Source: Oscillospiraceae bacterium
GTDB taxonomy: Bacteria; Bacillota; Clostridia; Oscillospirales; Ruminococcaceae
Assembly (NCBI GenBank): GCA_045628085.1
Contig: JAZQOZ010000147.1
Coordinates: 3,439-67,438 of the forward strand
Reading direction: 5' to 3'
DNA: 64,000 nucleotides
This document shows positions 9,219 to 19,347 of this stretch, piece after piece. A model generated the notes under the pieces. That model made no database searches. It saw nothing but the letters and a program-made list of their open reading frames with translations, and was not told the DNA's origin. Within the stretch, counting starts at the first letter, position 1. Each line of letters begins with the position of its first letter. Made by a program: the position numbers and the translations under genes.

Positions 9219-10352
9219 TTAGGTTTCGTTCAGATCGTCGATCAATGCATTGATCGCTGCATTGTGATCAAAAATGATCGGCGGCAGCTTACTGTTAAGC
9301 CCTTTATGGATCCGGCAGTCAATAAACGCTGCCTTGCCGCAGTCTTTCAGCTTTGCGATCGCTTCGATCAGCTCCTGCTCATTTTCAACAGCCTTACCGA
9401 CGGTTGCATAGCCGCACGCCTCTGCGATCTTCGTAAAATCAACCTTATGACCGGCAGAAGGCTGTCCGCCGACTGATTCATGTGCGCCGTTATTCAGGAC
9501 AACGTGCAGGAAATTCGGCACATTGTATTTGCTGACCATTGTCATTGCACCCATGTGCATCATACAGGCAGAATCGCCGTCCAGACAGACAACATTCCGC
9601 TGCGGTTTTTCCATTGCAATGCCGAGGGCAACGGATGACGCGTGTCCCATTGAACCGACATTCAGATAATCATGTGCTTTGGTCTCATTCCGGCGTTCGC
9701 GCAGGAAAAACAGTTCTCTTGTAGCACGTCCGGTCGTCGCAGAATAGATCGTATCTGCCGGCATCTGATCGAGAATAACCTCGATTGCTTCTTCGCGGCT
9801 CATCGGATATACTGCATCAACATTATTCGCCTTTTCCGCTGCCGCCATCACGCCTTTCGGGGCGATCAGCGCATAGGAACGGCGATTCTCACGGCAATAG
9901 GCAGCCGCCTTTGCGATTTCAGTCTGAAAATCCGCATCATCATCCTTGAGGATGCTGTAGGGAATATGCATCACATCGAGCAGACCGGGCGTGATCTCGC
10001 CCTGAAGCCGGTGCTGCGGATGATTCGGCTCAGTATTGCCCTGACCGCGCCAGCCGATCAGCAGAATCATCGGAACGGCATAGACATCATGCTCCGCAAG
10101 GGATGCAAGCGGATTGATCGTGTTGCCGAGTCCGCTGTTCTGCATATAAACGAGCGGGATTTCTTTTGTTGCAAAATAATGACCGCAGGCAATGCCGACC
10201 GCATTTCCCTCATTTGCTGCAATGACATTTCGCTCCGGCATATTCGCAAGCGCATAATTGCAGAAGCCGTTGAGGTAAGAATCCGGCACACCGGTAAAGA
10301 AGGTAATGCCTTGTTCTGCAAGTGCTTCAAAAACAAGTTTCTGATCTAACAT
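9219..10352 (-). CDS. phosphonopyruvate / sulfopyruvate decarboxylase family ThDP enzyme (fused alpha-beta form)
   Basis: 377 aa. The N-terminus FFTGVPDSYLNGFCNY...IAANEGNAVGIACGHYFATKEIPLVYMQNSGLGNTINPL...LLIGWRG closely mirrors AepY/Ppd-type decarboxylases. The C-terminal ThDP motif is CLDGDSACMMHMGAM...NNGAHESVGGQ. Confidence 0.8.
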   Translation of the reverse strand: MLDQKLVFEALAEQGITFFTGVPDSYLNGFCNYALANMPERNVIAANEGNAVGIACGHYFATKEIPLVYMQNSGLGNTINPLASLAEHDVYAVPMILLIGWRGQGNTEPNHPQHRLQGEITPGLLDVMHIPYSILKDDDADFQTEIAKAAAYCRENRRSYALIAPKGVMAAAEKANNVDAVYPMSREEAIEVILDQMPADTIYSATTGRATRELFFLRERRNETKAHDYLNVGSMGHASSVALGIAMEKPQRNVVCLDGDSACMMHMGAMTMVSKYNVPNFLHVVLNNGAHESVGGQPSAGHKVDFTKIAEACGYATVGKAVENEQELIEAIAKLKDCGKAAFIDCRIHKGLNSKLPPIIFDHNAAINALIDDLNET

Positions 10353-10361
10353 ACTGACTCC

Positions 10362-11327
10362 TTACTGTTTGGGCGACGGCTTGAACAGCGTGAAATATCC
10401 AGGACTGTCCGCATGGGTGATCCCCCATGCCTGCTCAAATGCAGCAACGATCTCCTCAGGCAGCGGACCTGCCTTGATCGTATCCATATTCTGCTGCAAA
10501 TGATGCAGTTTTGATGCACCGATAATAACCGCATCGCCGCGGTCCGCATTCAACATGGAATGATAGGCAAGCCAGCGATAGGTTGCCTCGATCGTTGTGA
10601 TACCGTACTTTTCGCAGACAGATTTCAGCAGATCAACTGCATCGAAAAAGCTCTTTTTCCAGTAGCGGTTCTGATAATTCGGGCGATGCGTGAATCTGCC
10701 GTCGGTCGGTGCATCCTCAAATTTCCCGTAACGTCCGGTCAGCAGACCGCCTGCCATCGGATTATAGGCACAGAAACGCATCCCGAAGTGATCGAGACAG
10801 GCATTCAATTCTCTTTCCGCCCTTCTGGTCAGCGGATTGTAGATGCCCTCAAAAACAGTCGGCTTCACCCAGCCGTTTTTATCGCAGAGATGCCAGACAT
10901 CAGCGACCATCCATGCAGGGAAATTGGAAAGACCAAGCTCCTTGAATTTGCCCTGTTCATGCAAATCTGCGCAGGCAGCCAGTACAGATTCAACGGGTGT
11001 TGCAGGATCGGGAAAATGCAGATAGAACGTATCCACATAATCGACCTGCAAGCGTTCAAGCGATTCATTGAGCTGCATATACGCCGCATCGCCGTCCAGT
11101 CTGCCCGTAATACGCGGATTGACCTTCGTTGCGATCTTCACACGCTCTCTGCCGATCGTTTTCAAAGCCTGACCGATCAGCTTTTCGCTTTGACCTTCAT
11201 TATAGACATAAGCCGTGTCCAGTTCATCATATCCTGCATCAAGAAATGCCTGAATAAATGCTTCAGAATCCGGTGCAAAGACCGATTCTCCAAAGGTCAT
11301 CGTACCCAGGATCAGTTTCATGCTCAT
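10362..11327 (-). CDS. aldo/keto reductase
   Basis: MSMKLILGTMTFGE...LDTAYVYNEGQSEKLIGQAL is the classic AKR N-terminus. The start is set at the ATG with GAGGGA 7 nt upstream. The track ORF extends 5 codons further. Confidence 0.85.
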   Translation of the reverse strand: MSMKLILGTMTFGESVFAPDSEAFIQAFLDAGYDELDTAYVYNEGQSEKLIGQALKTIGRERVKIATKVNPRITGRLDGDAAYMQLNESLERLQVDYVDTFYLHFPDPATPVESVLAACADLHEQGKFKELGLSNFPAWMVADVWHLCDKNGWVKPTVFEGIYNPLTRRAERELNACLDHFGMRFCAYNPMAGGLLTGRYGKFEDAPTDGRFTHRPNYQNRYWKKSFFDAVDLLKSVCEKYGITTIEATYRWLAYHSMLNADRGDAVIIGASKLHHLQQNMDTIKAGPLPEEIVAAFEQAWGITHADSPGYFTLFKPSPKQ

Positions 11328-11344
11328 TGCGTTTTCCCTCATAA

Positions 11345-12688
11345 TTATAAATATTGCAGCAGTTCAGGAACGGTTGAATCAGTTTCTTGCACCAGTGCAA
11401 ATACCTTTTCACCGGATGCTTCACTGATGCCCGCATACGCCATCAGATCGAGATATCTTTCATGGAATTCCGCATCATTCAGCGGATTTTCCGGCTCTCC
11501 CTTCGGGAAGTCCACACGTTCGGTATAGCTTTGTGCAGCCGTCCTGATCGTGACAACTGCGGTCTGTTCGGCAGGGAATGCCGCGCTCATTTTCTCATCC
11601 GCCGCAACTTTCACCTTTGCAGTCAGCCCGAGGATTTCCTGATCCTTTACCATATCCTCACTGAATTCCTGCAAGCCTGCCTTACCGTAGATCAATGCAG
11701 CAGCGGTGCTGTACGGAATGCTCATCTTTGCAGAATAAGAACCGGGGATCTCCGTATGATCGTGACCGGAGACTGCCAGAGAATAGGTCTGAATGTCGAT
11801 CTGCTCCACATCAGCAGCCTTGATGCCGTACTGATTGCGCAGATGGATCGCCGCCTCAACAGACGGATGCGTATAGCGGCAGGATGCATAGGGCTTTGTA
11901 TAGCTCTTGGAGATCGCGTATGTGCCGTTGAGCAGGAACGGCTTCATTTCAACATCTGCACTGCCGGTCATCATTTTCAGATAGCCGCGCGGCGCACCAA
12001 GCGGATCCGGATGTCCTTTGAAGCCCGATTTTGCAAGCTGAACTGCCGTCAGTGCAAGCAGTGCGCTCTTTGCAACATTATAAGGCTTCAGCTCAGAACC
12101 GTCATCCAGAACAAGCAGCATACCGGATGCCGAAACACACGCAGCAGCAAACGCCTGCTCACGTTCTTCCTCAGTAAATCCAAGCAGATAAGATGCCGCG
12201 ATCGCCGCACCAAGTACACCGCAGGTACCGGTCGCATGATAGCCCAATGCTTTATGTCCGGGCTGAATCGATACTGCCATTGTATATGATGTTTCATAGC
12301 CGATGATTGCTGCACGGAGAACTGCATCGACCGTATAGCCGTAACGCTGTGCAAGCGGAAGCAGCAGCGAAAAAATCGGTGAACCGAGATGAATGATACC
12401 GGAGTTTGTTCCGTCATCAAAATCAAGCGCATGACCGTTCAGACCGTTCAGGAAAACAGCTTCCTTGAGCGTATAGGATCTTCCTGTTCCGATTGCTTTG
12501 AATGCGCCCTGTTCCGGCTCTGCAAAATCATAATATTTTGCAAGCTTTTCAGCCTGAAAGCGGCTGCCTGCGCAGGCAACTGCAAGGTAATCAAGCAGCG
12601 AACGCTTTGCTCTTGCATAAACAGCATCCGGAATCGGCTGTGCTGCAAGAGTGCGGATATTCTGCAAATATGCCTCGGTCTTTGTCAT
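11345..12688 (-). CDS. MmgE/PrpD family protein (2-methylcitrate dehydratase / cis-aconitate decarboxylase superfamily)
   Basis: 447 aa with RAKRSLLDYLAVACAGS...LNGHALDFDD...HLGSPIF, characteristic of MmgE/PrpD. Confidence 0.85.
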   Translation of the reverse strand: MTKTEAYLQNIRTLAAQPIPDAVYARAKRSLLDYLAVACAGSRFQAEKLAKYYDFAEPEQGAFKAIGTGRSYTLKEAVFLNGLNGHALDFDDGTNSGIIHLGSPIFSLLLPLAQRYGYTVDAVLRAAIIGYETSYTMAVSIQPGHKALGYHATGTCGVLGAAIAASYLLGFTEEEREQAFAAACVSASGMLLVLDDGSELKPYNVAKSALLALTAVQLAKSGFKGHPDPLGAPRGYLKMMTGSADVEMKPFLLNGTYAISKSYTKPYASCRYTHPSVEAAIHLRNQYGIKAADVEQIDIQTYSLAVSGHDHTEIPGSYSAKMSIPYSTAAALIYGKAGLQEFSEDMVKDQEILGLTAKVKVAADEKMSAAFPAEQTAVVTIRTAAQSYTERVDFPKGEPENPLNDAEFHERYLDLMAYAGISEASGEKVFALVQETDSTVPELLQYL

Positions 12689-12709
12689 TGTACACCATCC
12701 TTTTTCGTA

Positions 12710-13942
12710 TTAGTTCATTTCAAGCGGCGGGAGCAGATCATGCCGCATCATATCATTGCCGTTTTCGTCAATGACCTTCACATGATCCGAAATATATTGC
12801 TGTTTGGCGTTAAATTCCTCAACAGATGCAGCAAGAATATTCATGCCGGCAACACGGTCGCTGCTGCTTGTTACACCGCGGATCACCGTGCCCTTGCTGC
12901 GGACAGGATGGAATTCATGAATGATTCCCTCTTTTTCGAGTTCTTCAAATCCTTCAAAATGATCGAGAACACCCGGCTGACAGTAGATAAAGTCATTGAC
13001 AACAACCTTATTTCCGGTATCACGCTTTGTCAGATCGGGCACCTTGCCGAGGGTAATGTCGATTGCAGCGGTGATGACATCCACACCGCTGGAATATTTG
13101 ATGAGCAGCCATTTCATATTGCCGCCGGTTCGCGCACAAAATTCCAGAACAGAAATACGGCTGCCGTTATGCAGAAGCTGCACAAGCAGCGGAGAATTGA
13201 CAAGGCCGAACGCATCTGCGATCTTCTGCGTCACAGTTTCGATCTGCTCCATGATCGTATCCGGCACACAAACCGGATATCTGCCGCGGAAAATAACGAA
13301 ACGGTCATCACTCTTGACCTTGTCGCTGTTGGAAACGCAAAGGATCTTTGCCTTGCCGTTTACAACAAAAGCATCGACGCTGATCTCCTCACCGGCAAAA
13401 AATTCTTCCACAATGACACCGCCGGTACGGCTGATCTGTGCAGCCTCATGATAATACTGCACAAGCTCCTCATGCGTGGATGCCTTACGGACACCCTTTG
13501 AGCTGTATGCATCCACGGGCTTGATCACAAGCGGATACTGAAGCTGGCTGATCTTTTCCTCATCGAGCTCCGGCATTTCGATATAACGGGTAGACGGAAT
13601 GCCGTTCTCATGGAAGATACGCTTCATGCGGATCTTATCCGATACATTCATACCGGTTTCATAATCAATGTAGCACGGAAGACCGAGTGCCTCCGATACC
13701 TGTGCAACGACCAGAAGTACCTGATCGGCACAGACCGTGATCAGAAAATCAACTTTTTCATCCAGCGCGATCTTCTTCACCGCTTCAATATCAAAAATAT
13801 CAACCTGATAAAAAATATCAGCAAAGGATTTGGCGATCGGCGTAGCGCTGCCGTCCGCCAGAACAGTTGTGATATTTCGTTCCCGAAGCTGCCGCAGCAG
13901 CTCAGCCTGCGGTACACCGCCTGCAAGTACAAGAGCTTTCAA
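12710..13942 (-). CDS. ATP-grasp domain ligase (second copy)
   Basis: 410 aa with MKALVLAGG...YPLVIKPVDAYSSKGV. TTG start with GGGAGG 6 nt upstream. Same architecture as the 3981-5195 protein. Confidence 0.8.
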   Translation of the reverse strand: MKALVLAGGVPQAELLRQLRERNITTVLADGSATPIAKSFADIFYQVDIFDIEAVKKIALDEKVDFLITVCADQVLLVVAQVSEALGLPCYIDYETGMNVSDKIRMKRIFHENGIPSTRYIEMPELDEEKISQLQYPLVIKPVDAYSSKGVRKASTHEELVQYYHEAAQISRTGGVIVEEFFAGEEISVDAFVVNGKAKILCVSNSDKVKSDDRFVIFRGRYPVCVPDTIMEQIETVTQKIADAFGLVNSPLLVQLLHNGSRISVLEFCARTGGNMKWLLIKYSSGVDVITAAIDITLGKVPDLTKRDTGNKVVVNDFIYCQPGVLDHFEGFEELEKEGIIHEFHPVRSKGTVIRGVTSSSDRVAGMNILAASVEEFNAKQQYISDHVKVIDENGNDMMRHDLLPPLEMN

Positions 13943-14020
13943 TTCGATCCTCCCGATTCTCTCTGCATGGATCTGACCGCTGCCTTCGCATCGGCATATC
14001 CATGATAATTGGCTTTTCGA

Positions 14021-14665
14021 TTATTTTTTGCTTGTCAGTTCGTCTTCTTTTTTGAATTCGATTTTTTCGCGTTTCAATACAACTGCAACCGTTTTGAACA
14101 TGATCTTCAAATCAAACCACAGGCTGAATTTGTCAACATATTCCACGTCGTATGCAATTTTTTCTGTCCAGGTCAGATTGTTTCTGCCGTTGACCTGTGC
14201 CCAGCCGGTCAGACCGGGCTTCATGTCCAGTCTTCTGCGCTGCTCATCGTTATATTTCTCCGCCTGATACGGCAAAGTCGGTCGGGGACCGACAAAGCTC
14301 ATCGTACCTTCCAGAATATTGAAAAGCTGCATCAGCTCATCCAGACTGGTTTTCCGGAGAAATGCGCCGAGTTTCGTGATACGGGTGCTGGAAGGCTCCA
14401 GAATGTCGCCGTTCGGCTTATGCAGAACACCATTGACGCTGTATGTTCCTTCCGGCGGCTGCCGCATGGTACGAAACTTATAGATCTTGAATATTTTGCC
14501 GTTCTTTCCGACTCTCTCCTGCTTGAATACGGCACCGCCCTTGGATTCCAGAACGATCGCGATCGGAATCACGATCAGAACCGGTATCACAGTCAGAAGC
14601 AGGATCAGAATAAGGGATACAATGATATCAAACAGACGCTTGACCGCTAATTGAAACGCTTTCAT
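14021..14665 (-). CDS. small (PglC/WcaJ C-terminal-type) undecaprenyl-phosphate sugar-phosphate transferase (Bac_transf family)
   Basis: 214 aa with one N-terminal TM segment, then KIYKFRTM...[21 protein letters not shown]...[13 protein letters not shown]. Confidence 0.9.
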   Translation of the reverse strand: MKAFQLAVKRLFDIIVSLILILLLTVIPVLIVIPIAIVLESKGGAVFKQERVGKNGKIFKIYKFRTMRQPPEGTYSVNGVLHKPNGDILEPSSTRITKLGAFLRKTSLDELMQLFNILEGTMSFVGPRPTLPYQAEKYNDEQRRRLDMKPGLTGWAQVNGRNNLTWTEKIAYDVEYVDKFSLWFDLKIMFKTVAVVLKREKIEFKKEDELTSKK

Positions 14666-14668
14666 TTA

Positions 14669-15697
14669 TTACACCTCTGCACGATTTCCGTACATTTTCT
14701 CATAATAATTTCTGTACTCACCGGAGATGATGGTTTCCCACCATTCCTTATTGTCCAGATACCACTTGATCGTCTTTTTGATACCGTCAGCAAATTTTGT
14801 TTCCGGCAGCCAGCCAAGCTCATTATGGATCTTTGTCGGATCGATCGCATAACGCATATCGTGACCTTTTCTGTCCTCAACATGAATAATGAGCGATTCC
14901 GGCTTGCCAAGTTCCTTACAGATCAGCTTCACGATATCGATATTCTTCATCTCATTGTGACCGCCGACATTATAGACCTCGCCGACCTTTCCCTTATGGA
15001 TGATGAGGTCGATCGCACGGCAATGATCCTCGACATAGAGCCAGTCGCGGACATTCAGTCCCTCACCGTAAACCGGAAGCGGCTTATCATTCAGCGCATT
15101 TGCGATCATCAGCGGGATCAGCTTTTCCGGAAAATGATACGGTCCGTAGTTGTTGGAGCAGCGGCTGATCGTAACAGGCAAACCATAGGTACGATGATAT
15201 GCCAGAACGAGCAGATCAGCACCTGCCTTGGACGAGCTGTAAGGGCTGCTTGTATGGATCGGCGTTGTTTCGGTAAAGAACAGGTCAGGTCTGTCCAGCG
15301 GAAGATCGCCGTAAACCTCATCCGTTGAAACCTGATGATAACGCTGAATGCCGTACTTCCGGCAGGCATCCATCAGCGTTGCAGTACCGATGATATTCGT
15401 CTGAAGGAAGATCTCCGGATTCTCAATGCTGCGGTCAACATGAGATTCTGCCGCAAAATTGACAACGATATCCGGCTTTTCCTCCTCAAAGAGCTGATAT
15501 ACACCTTCACGGTCGCAGATATCCAGCTTGACAAAGCGGAAATTCGGATTCTGCATGACCGGTGCAAGCGTTGAAAGGTTGCCTGCATAGGTCAGCTTAT
15601 CCAGACAGATGATTCGGTAATCCGGATATGTGTTCAGCATATGGAACACAAAGTTTGCGCCGATAAAGCCTGCGCCGCCTGTTACGATAATGGTCAT
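14669..15697 (-). CDS. rfbB: dTDP-glucose 4,6-dehydratase
   Basis: MTIIVTGGAGFIGANFV...YSSSKAGADLL. Start trimmed to ATG 15697, which overlaps the rfbA stop by 4 nt (ATGA). The N-terminal 35 codons of the track ORF lie inside rfbA. Confidence 0.92.
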   Translation of the reverse strand: MTIIVTGGAGFIGANFVFHMLNTYPDYRIICLDKLTYAGNLSTLAPVMQNPNFRFVKLDICDREGVYQLFEEEKPDIVVNFAAESHVDRSIENPEIFLQTNIIGTATLMDACRKYGIQRYHQVSTDEVYGDLPLDRPDLFFTETTPIHTSSPYSSSKAGADLLVLAYHRTYGLPVTISRCSNNYGPYHFPEKLIPLMIANALNDKPLPVYGEGLNVRDWLYVEDHCRAIDLIIHKGKVGEVYNVGGHNEMKNIDIVKLICKELGKPESLIIHVEDRKGHDMRYAIDPTKIHNELGWLPETKFADGIKKTIKWYLDNKEWWETIISGEYRNYYEKMYGNRAEV

Positions 15698-16572
15698 GCT
15701 TCTTCCTCCGCAAGTGAAATCAGATACTTTCCGTAATCTGTCATTGACAATTCTTCTCCGCACTGACGAAGCTGCTCTCTGGAAATAAAGCCTCTGCGCC
15801 ATGCGATCTCCTCAATGCAGGAGATATAGAATCCCTGCATTTCCTGCACGGTCTTTACAAAATCGCCTGCCTTGAGCATTCCTTCCGGTGTGCCGGTGTC
15901 GAGCCATGAAATGCCTCTGCCCATCAGCGTTACCTTGAGACTGCCGGCATCCAGATAATGGTTATTGACCGATGTGATCTCAATTTCGCCGCGTGCAGAC
16001 GGCTTGACGTTCTTTGCGATCTGCACAACATCATTATTATAGAAATACAGTCCCGGAACAGCATAATTGGATTTCGGCTGTGCCGGCTTTTCTTCAATGG
16101 AGATCACGCGGTTCTGATCGTCAAATTCGACCACACCGAATGCCTTGGGATTCTTCACAGGGAATCCGAAGATCGCAGCACCGAATGTTTCAGCCTGCTG
16201 CTTTGCATCATTGAGCATCCGTGTCAGATCTTTTCCATAGAATACATTGTCGCCGAGTACCAGACATACGCTGTCATCTCCGATAAAATCAGCACCGAGG
16301 ATAAACGCATCTGCAAGTCCGCGCGGTGTATCCTGCACCTTATACTCGATATGCACGCCGATACGGCTGCCGTCACCGAGCAGCTTACGATAATTCGGCG
16401 TATCATCCGGTGTCGAAATGACAAGGATATCACGGATACCGGCAAGCAGAAGGACGGAAAGCGGATAATAAACCAGCGGCTTATCATAAATCGGGAGGAG
16501 CTGCTTGCTGACAGCGATCGTATTCGGATAAAGGCGAGTGCCTTTACCGCCTGCAAGAATAATTCCTTTCAT
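15694..16572 (-). CDS. rfbA: glucose-1-phosphate thymidylyltransferase
   Basis: MKGIILAGGKGTRLYPNTIAVSKQLLPIYDKPLVYYPLSVL is the canonical RmlA N-terminus. 292 aa. Confidence 0.95.
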   Translation of the reverse strand: MKGIILAGGKGTRLYPNTIAVSKQLLPIYDKPLVYYPLSVLLLAGIRDILVISTPDDTPNYRKLLGDGSRIGVHIEYKVQDTPRGLADAFILGADFIGDDSVCLVLGDNVFYGKDLTRMLNDAKQQAETFGAAIFGFPVKNPKAFGVVEFDDQNRVISIEEKPAQPKSNYAVPGLYFYNNDVVQIAKNVKPSARGEIEITSVNNHYLDAGSLKVTLMGRGISWLDTGTPEGMLKAGDFVKTVQEMQGFYISCIEEIAWRRGFISREQLRQCGEELSMTDYGKYLISLAEEEA

Positions 16573-16582
16573 GATGATTCCC

Positions 16583-17695
16583 TCACTTTTTACAGGACAG
16601 GATCACATCGCAGATACGCTGTACATCCGACGGTGCCAGTTCCTCATAAAGCGGCAGAGTCAGGACGCGCAGACTGATCCGGAGTGCGATCGGCGTTTCA
16701 TTTGCATCGAATGCGCCGTGGAAACAGTCAAAAGTATTCGTCAGCGGATAGAAGTATTTACGTGCGCCGATGCCGTTCTGATCGAGCTTTTCCATAACAT
16801 CATCACGGCTTGCACCAAATACGGTTTCATCAAAGACCGCAGGGAAATAAGCGTAATTGGATTCGACATCTTCCTGAATCGGGCTCAGCTGAATACCTGC
16901 TACGCCTTCCAGATTCGCTCTGTAAACCTCGACAGCTTTCTTTCTGCGTTCGATCGCGGTATCAAGATGCCGCAGATTACAGATACCCATAGCTGCCTGA
17001 AATTCATTCATTTTGGCATTTCCGCCGACATAAGGCACATATTCAGGACCTTCAATGCCAAAGTTTTTCAGATCATTCAAACGCTGAACAAGCGCATCGT
17101 CATGGAAACAGACAGAGCCGCCCTCGATCGTATTGAATACCTTCGTTGCGTGGAAGCTGAACATTGCGGCATCACCGTAGCAGGCGGAGCTTTTTCCCTT
17201 ATAGCGGACTCCGAACGCGTGTGCGGCATCATATACGACTTTCAGACCGTATTTATCAGCAATGCGGCTGATCTCCTCAACATCGCACATATTGCCGTAA
17301 ACATGGACCGGAACGATTGCACAAGTCTTTTCCGTGATCAGCGCCTCGATCTTTGCTGTATCAATCGTAAAGGTCAGCGGATCAATGTCACAGAAAACAG
17401 GTTTCAGGCGGTTTCTTACAATCGCGTGCGTTGTAGAAGCAAAGGTAAAGGGCGTAGTGATCACCTCGCCGCCTTCCGGCAAATCAAGCGCAGAAAGGAT
17501 ATGCTCCAGTGCGAGATGTCCGTTCGTATACAGTACAACGTGCGGCACATCGAGAAGCTGCTCCAGATCAGCCTGAAGTTTCTGATGCTTGACACCCATA
17601 TTGGTCAGCCAATGGCTGTCCCAAAGCTCTTTGATTTCCTCACAATACTCCTGATAATCAGGCATAGAAGAACGGGTAACTAATATTCTCTCCAT
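16583..17695 (-). CDS. DegT/DnrJ/EryC1/StrS family sugar aminotransferase, probably acting on dTDP-4-keto-6-deoxyhexose
   Basis: PLP-lysine motif SFHATKVFNTIEGG. It lies immediately upstream of rfbA and rfbB. ATG 17695 has AGGTGG 5 nt upstream. The track ORF starts at GTG 17704. Confidence 0.85.
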   Translation of the reverse strand: MERILVTRSSMPDYQEYCEEIKELWDSHWLTNMGVKHQKLQADLEQLLDVPHVVLYTNGHLALEHILSALDLPEGGEVITTPFTFASTTHAIVRNRLKPVFCDIDPLTFTIDTAKIEALITEKTCAIVPVHVYGNMCDVEEISRIADKYGLKVVYDAAHAFGVRYKGKSSACYGDAAMFSFHATKVFNTIEGGSVCFHDDALVQRLNDLKNFGIEGPEYVPYVGGNAKMNEFQAAMGICNLRHLDTAIERRKKAVEVYRANLEGVAGIQLSPIQEDVESNYAYFPAVFDETVFGASRDDVMEKLDQNGIGARKYFYPLTNTFDCFHGAFDANETPIALRISLRVLTLPLYEELAPSDVQRICDVILSCKK

Positions 17696-17826
17696 GACAA
17701 CCACCTACATTTACATAATGTTTTATGCGGTTGATTCCGCAAATTTGCAACTTGCCTGTACAGCCTGCTGTCCGACCGAACGCTGTATTCCCGATCATGT
17801 CCGTATCCTGCTACGGCAGAAAGGCT

Positions 17827-19293
17827 TTATTCAGCCGCCGCAGCCTTACTGTGCTTGAATTTTTTCAGCATTGCTTTACCGGTATCAAGCAGATAGGTAA
17901 AGCTGTCGATTTTCAGAATCTTTGAAAGTCCGAAATAGATCACGATACCGGCAGTAAACTGAACCAGCAGCAGCGGAAGATCGCTCATGCCGGTCAGGCT
18001 GATAAGGCACACGCAGATTCCCATAAAAACAGACAGACCGATCTGCGGCAGCATATCTTTGAACTGCTCAAAAAAGCTGTAATTCAGGAGTTTTTTATTC
18101 GGCCATGAATTGATGATCTGGCTGATCACAGATGAAACCAGCAGACTGTATGCCATTGCCATAACGCTGATCGGCAGCGTAACTGCAAGCAGCAGAACGC
18201 CGACTGCCTTCTTGATGATCTCCAGTTTCAGGAACAGATCGCTGCGTCCCATTGCCTTGATCGCGTTGAGATTCGCAGTATGGATCGGCCAGAATGCATA
18301 GGAGAAACAGAAGATCCGAAGATACGGTACACAAGGAAGCCATTTTTCTTTCAGAACAAGCCGTACAAGCGGTTCAGCACAAACGGCAAGTCCGACCATG
18401 ATCGGCATAATGAGATATGTACTTGTTTTGATCGCACGGCGCGTCATATTCTTTACGGCATTCACGCTGTCCTGTGCGCGTGCCATTGTCGGAAGCAAAA
18501 CGCTGTCGATCGAGGTATTGATATTCGTAACAACAAGATGCGGAACCTTCTGTCCCTGATTATAAAACGCCAGATCAGATTTCGTATATGTTTTACCGAT
18601 CACGAGCTGACTGAGCTGATTGTAGATCGTATCCAGCAAAGAGGAGATCAGCAGTTTCCAGCCGAAAGAAAACAGCGTTTTCAGGCGCTCAAAGGAAAAC
18701 ATCTTTTTCGGACGCCATTTGACCGTAACCCATAGAAGCAATGTGTCAACTGCTGCATTAAAGAGCATCTGTGCCACAAGCGCCCACACACCGAAGCCCA
18801 TATATGCCATTGCGATACCGATAATTGCTGCACCGATCGTACCGCCGAGTGTCGCAAAGAAGAAACGCTTGAACAGCATATGACGTGTTACATAAGCCTG
18901 CTGCACATTTTTTACACCGGAAATCAATATCATGATACTGACAACACGAATAACCGGCGTCAGCTCCGGACTGTTGTAAAATGCAGCAATCAGCGGCGCG
19001 ATCAGGAACATCAAAAGGTACAGCACAGTGCAGATCGTCATGTTAAAATAGAACACGCTCGAAAAATCCAGATCATCTGCATCTTTTTTCTGGATCAGCG
19101 CATTGCCCATACCACTGTCCACAAATACCTGCATGATCGTTGTAAAGACCGTTACGAGTGCGATTGTTCCGAACAGATCCGGATCCAGCTTTCGTGCAAG
19201 TACAAGCTGCACAATAAACGTAACACCCTGCGCACCGCAGCGTTCCGCGAACCGCCAGAGGAAATTAACAGACACATCCTTTTTGCTTACCAC
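17827..19293 (-). CDS. wzx: Wzx-type oligosaccharide flippase (MOP superfamily polysaccharide biosynthesis protein)
   Basis: 488 aa and polytopic. N-terminus FLWRFAERCGAQGVTFIVQLVLARKLDPDLFG...NALIQKKD is typical of Wzx/PST proteins. GTG start. The RBS spacing is long, so the exact start is uncertain. Confidence 0.85.
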   Translation of the reverse strand: MVSKKDVSVNFLWRFAERCGAQGVTFIVQLVLARKLDPDLFGTIALVTVFTTIMQVFVDSGMGNALIQKKDADDLDFSSVFYFNMTICTVLYLLMFLIAPLIAAFYNSPELTPVIRVVSIMILISGVKNVQQAYVTRHMLFKRFFFATLGGTIGAAIIGIAMAYMGFGVWALVAQMLFNAAVDTLLLWVTVKWRPKKMFSFERLKTLFSFGWKLLISSLLDTIYNQLSQLVIGKTYTKSDLAFYNQGQKVPHLVVTNINTSIDSVLLPTMARAQDSVNAVKNMTRRAIKTSTYLIMPIMVGLAVCAEPLVRLVLKEKWLPCVPYLRIFCFSYAFWPIHTANLNAIKAMGRSDLFLKLEIIKKAVGVLLLAVTLPISVMAMAYSLLVSSVISQIINSWPNKKLLNYSFFEQFKDMLPQIGLSVFMGICVCLISLTGMSDLPLLLVQFTAGIVIYFGLSKILKIDSFTYLLDTGKAMLKKFKHSKAAAAE

Positions 19294-19347
19294 TTGACGT
19301 TTTCAACCTCCATCACTTATCTGATATCTTTTCGACGAAAACGGTCA

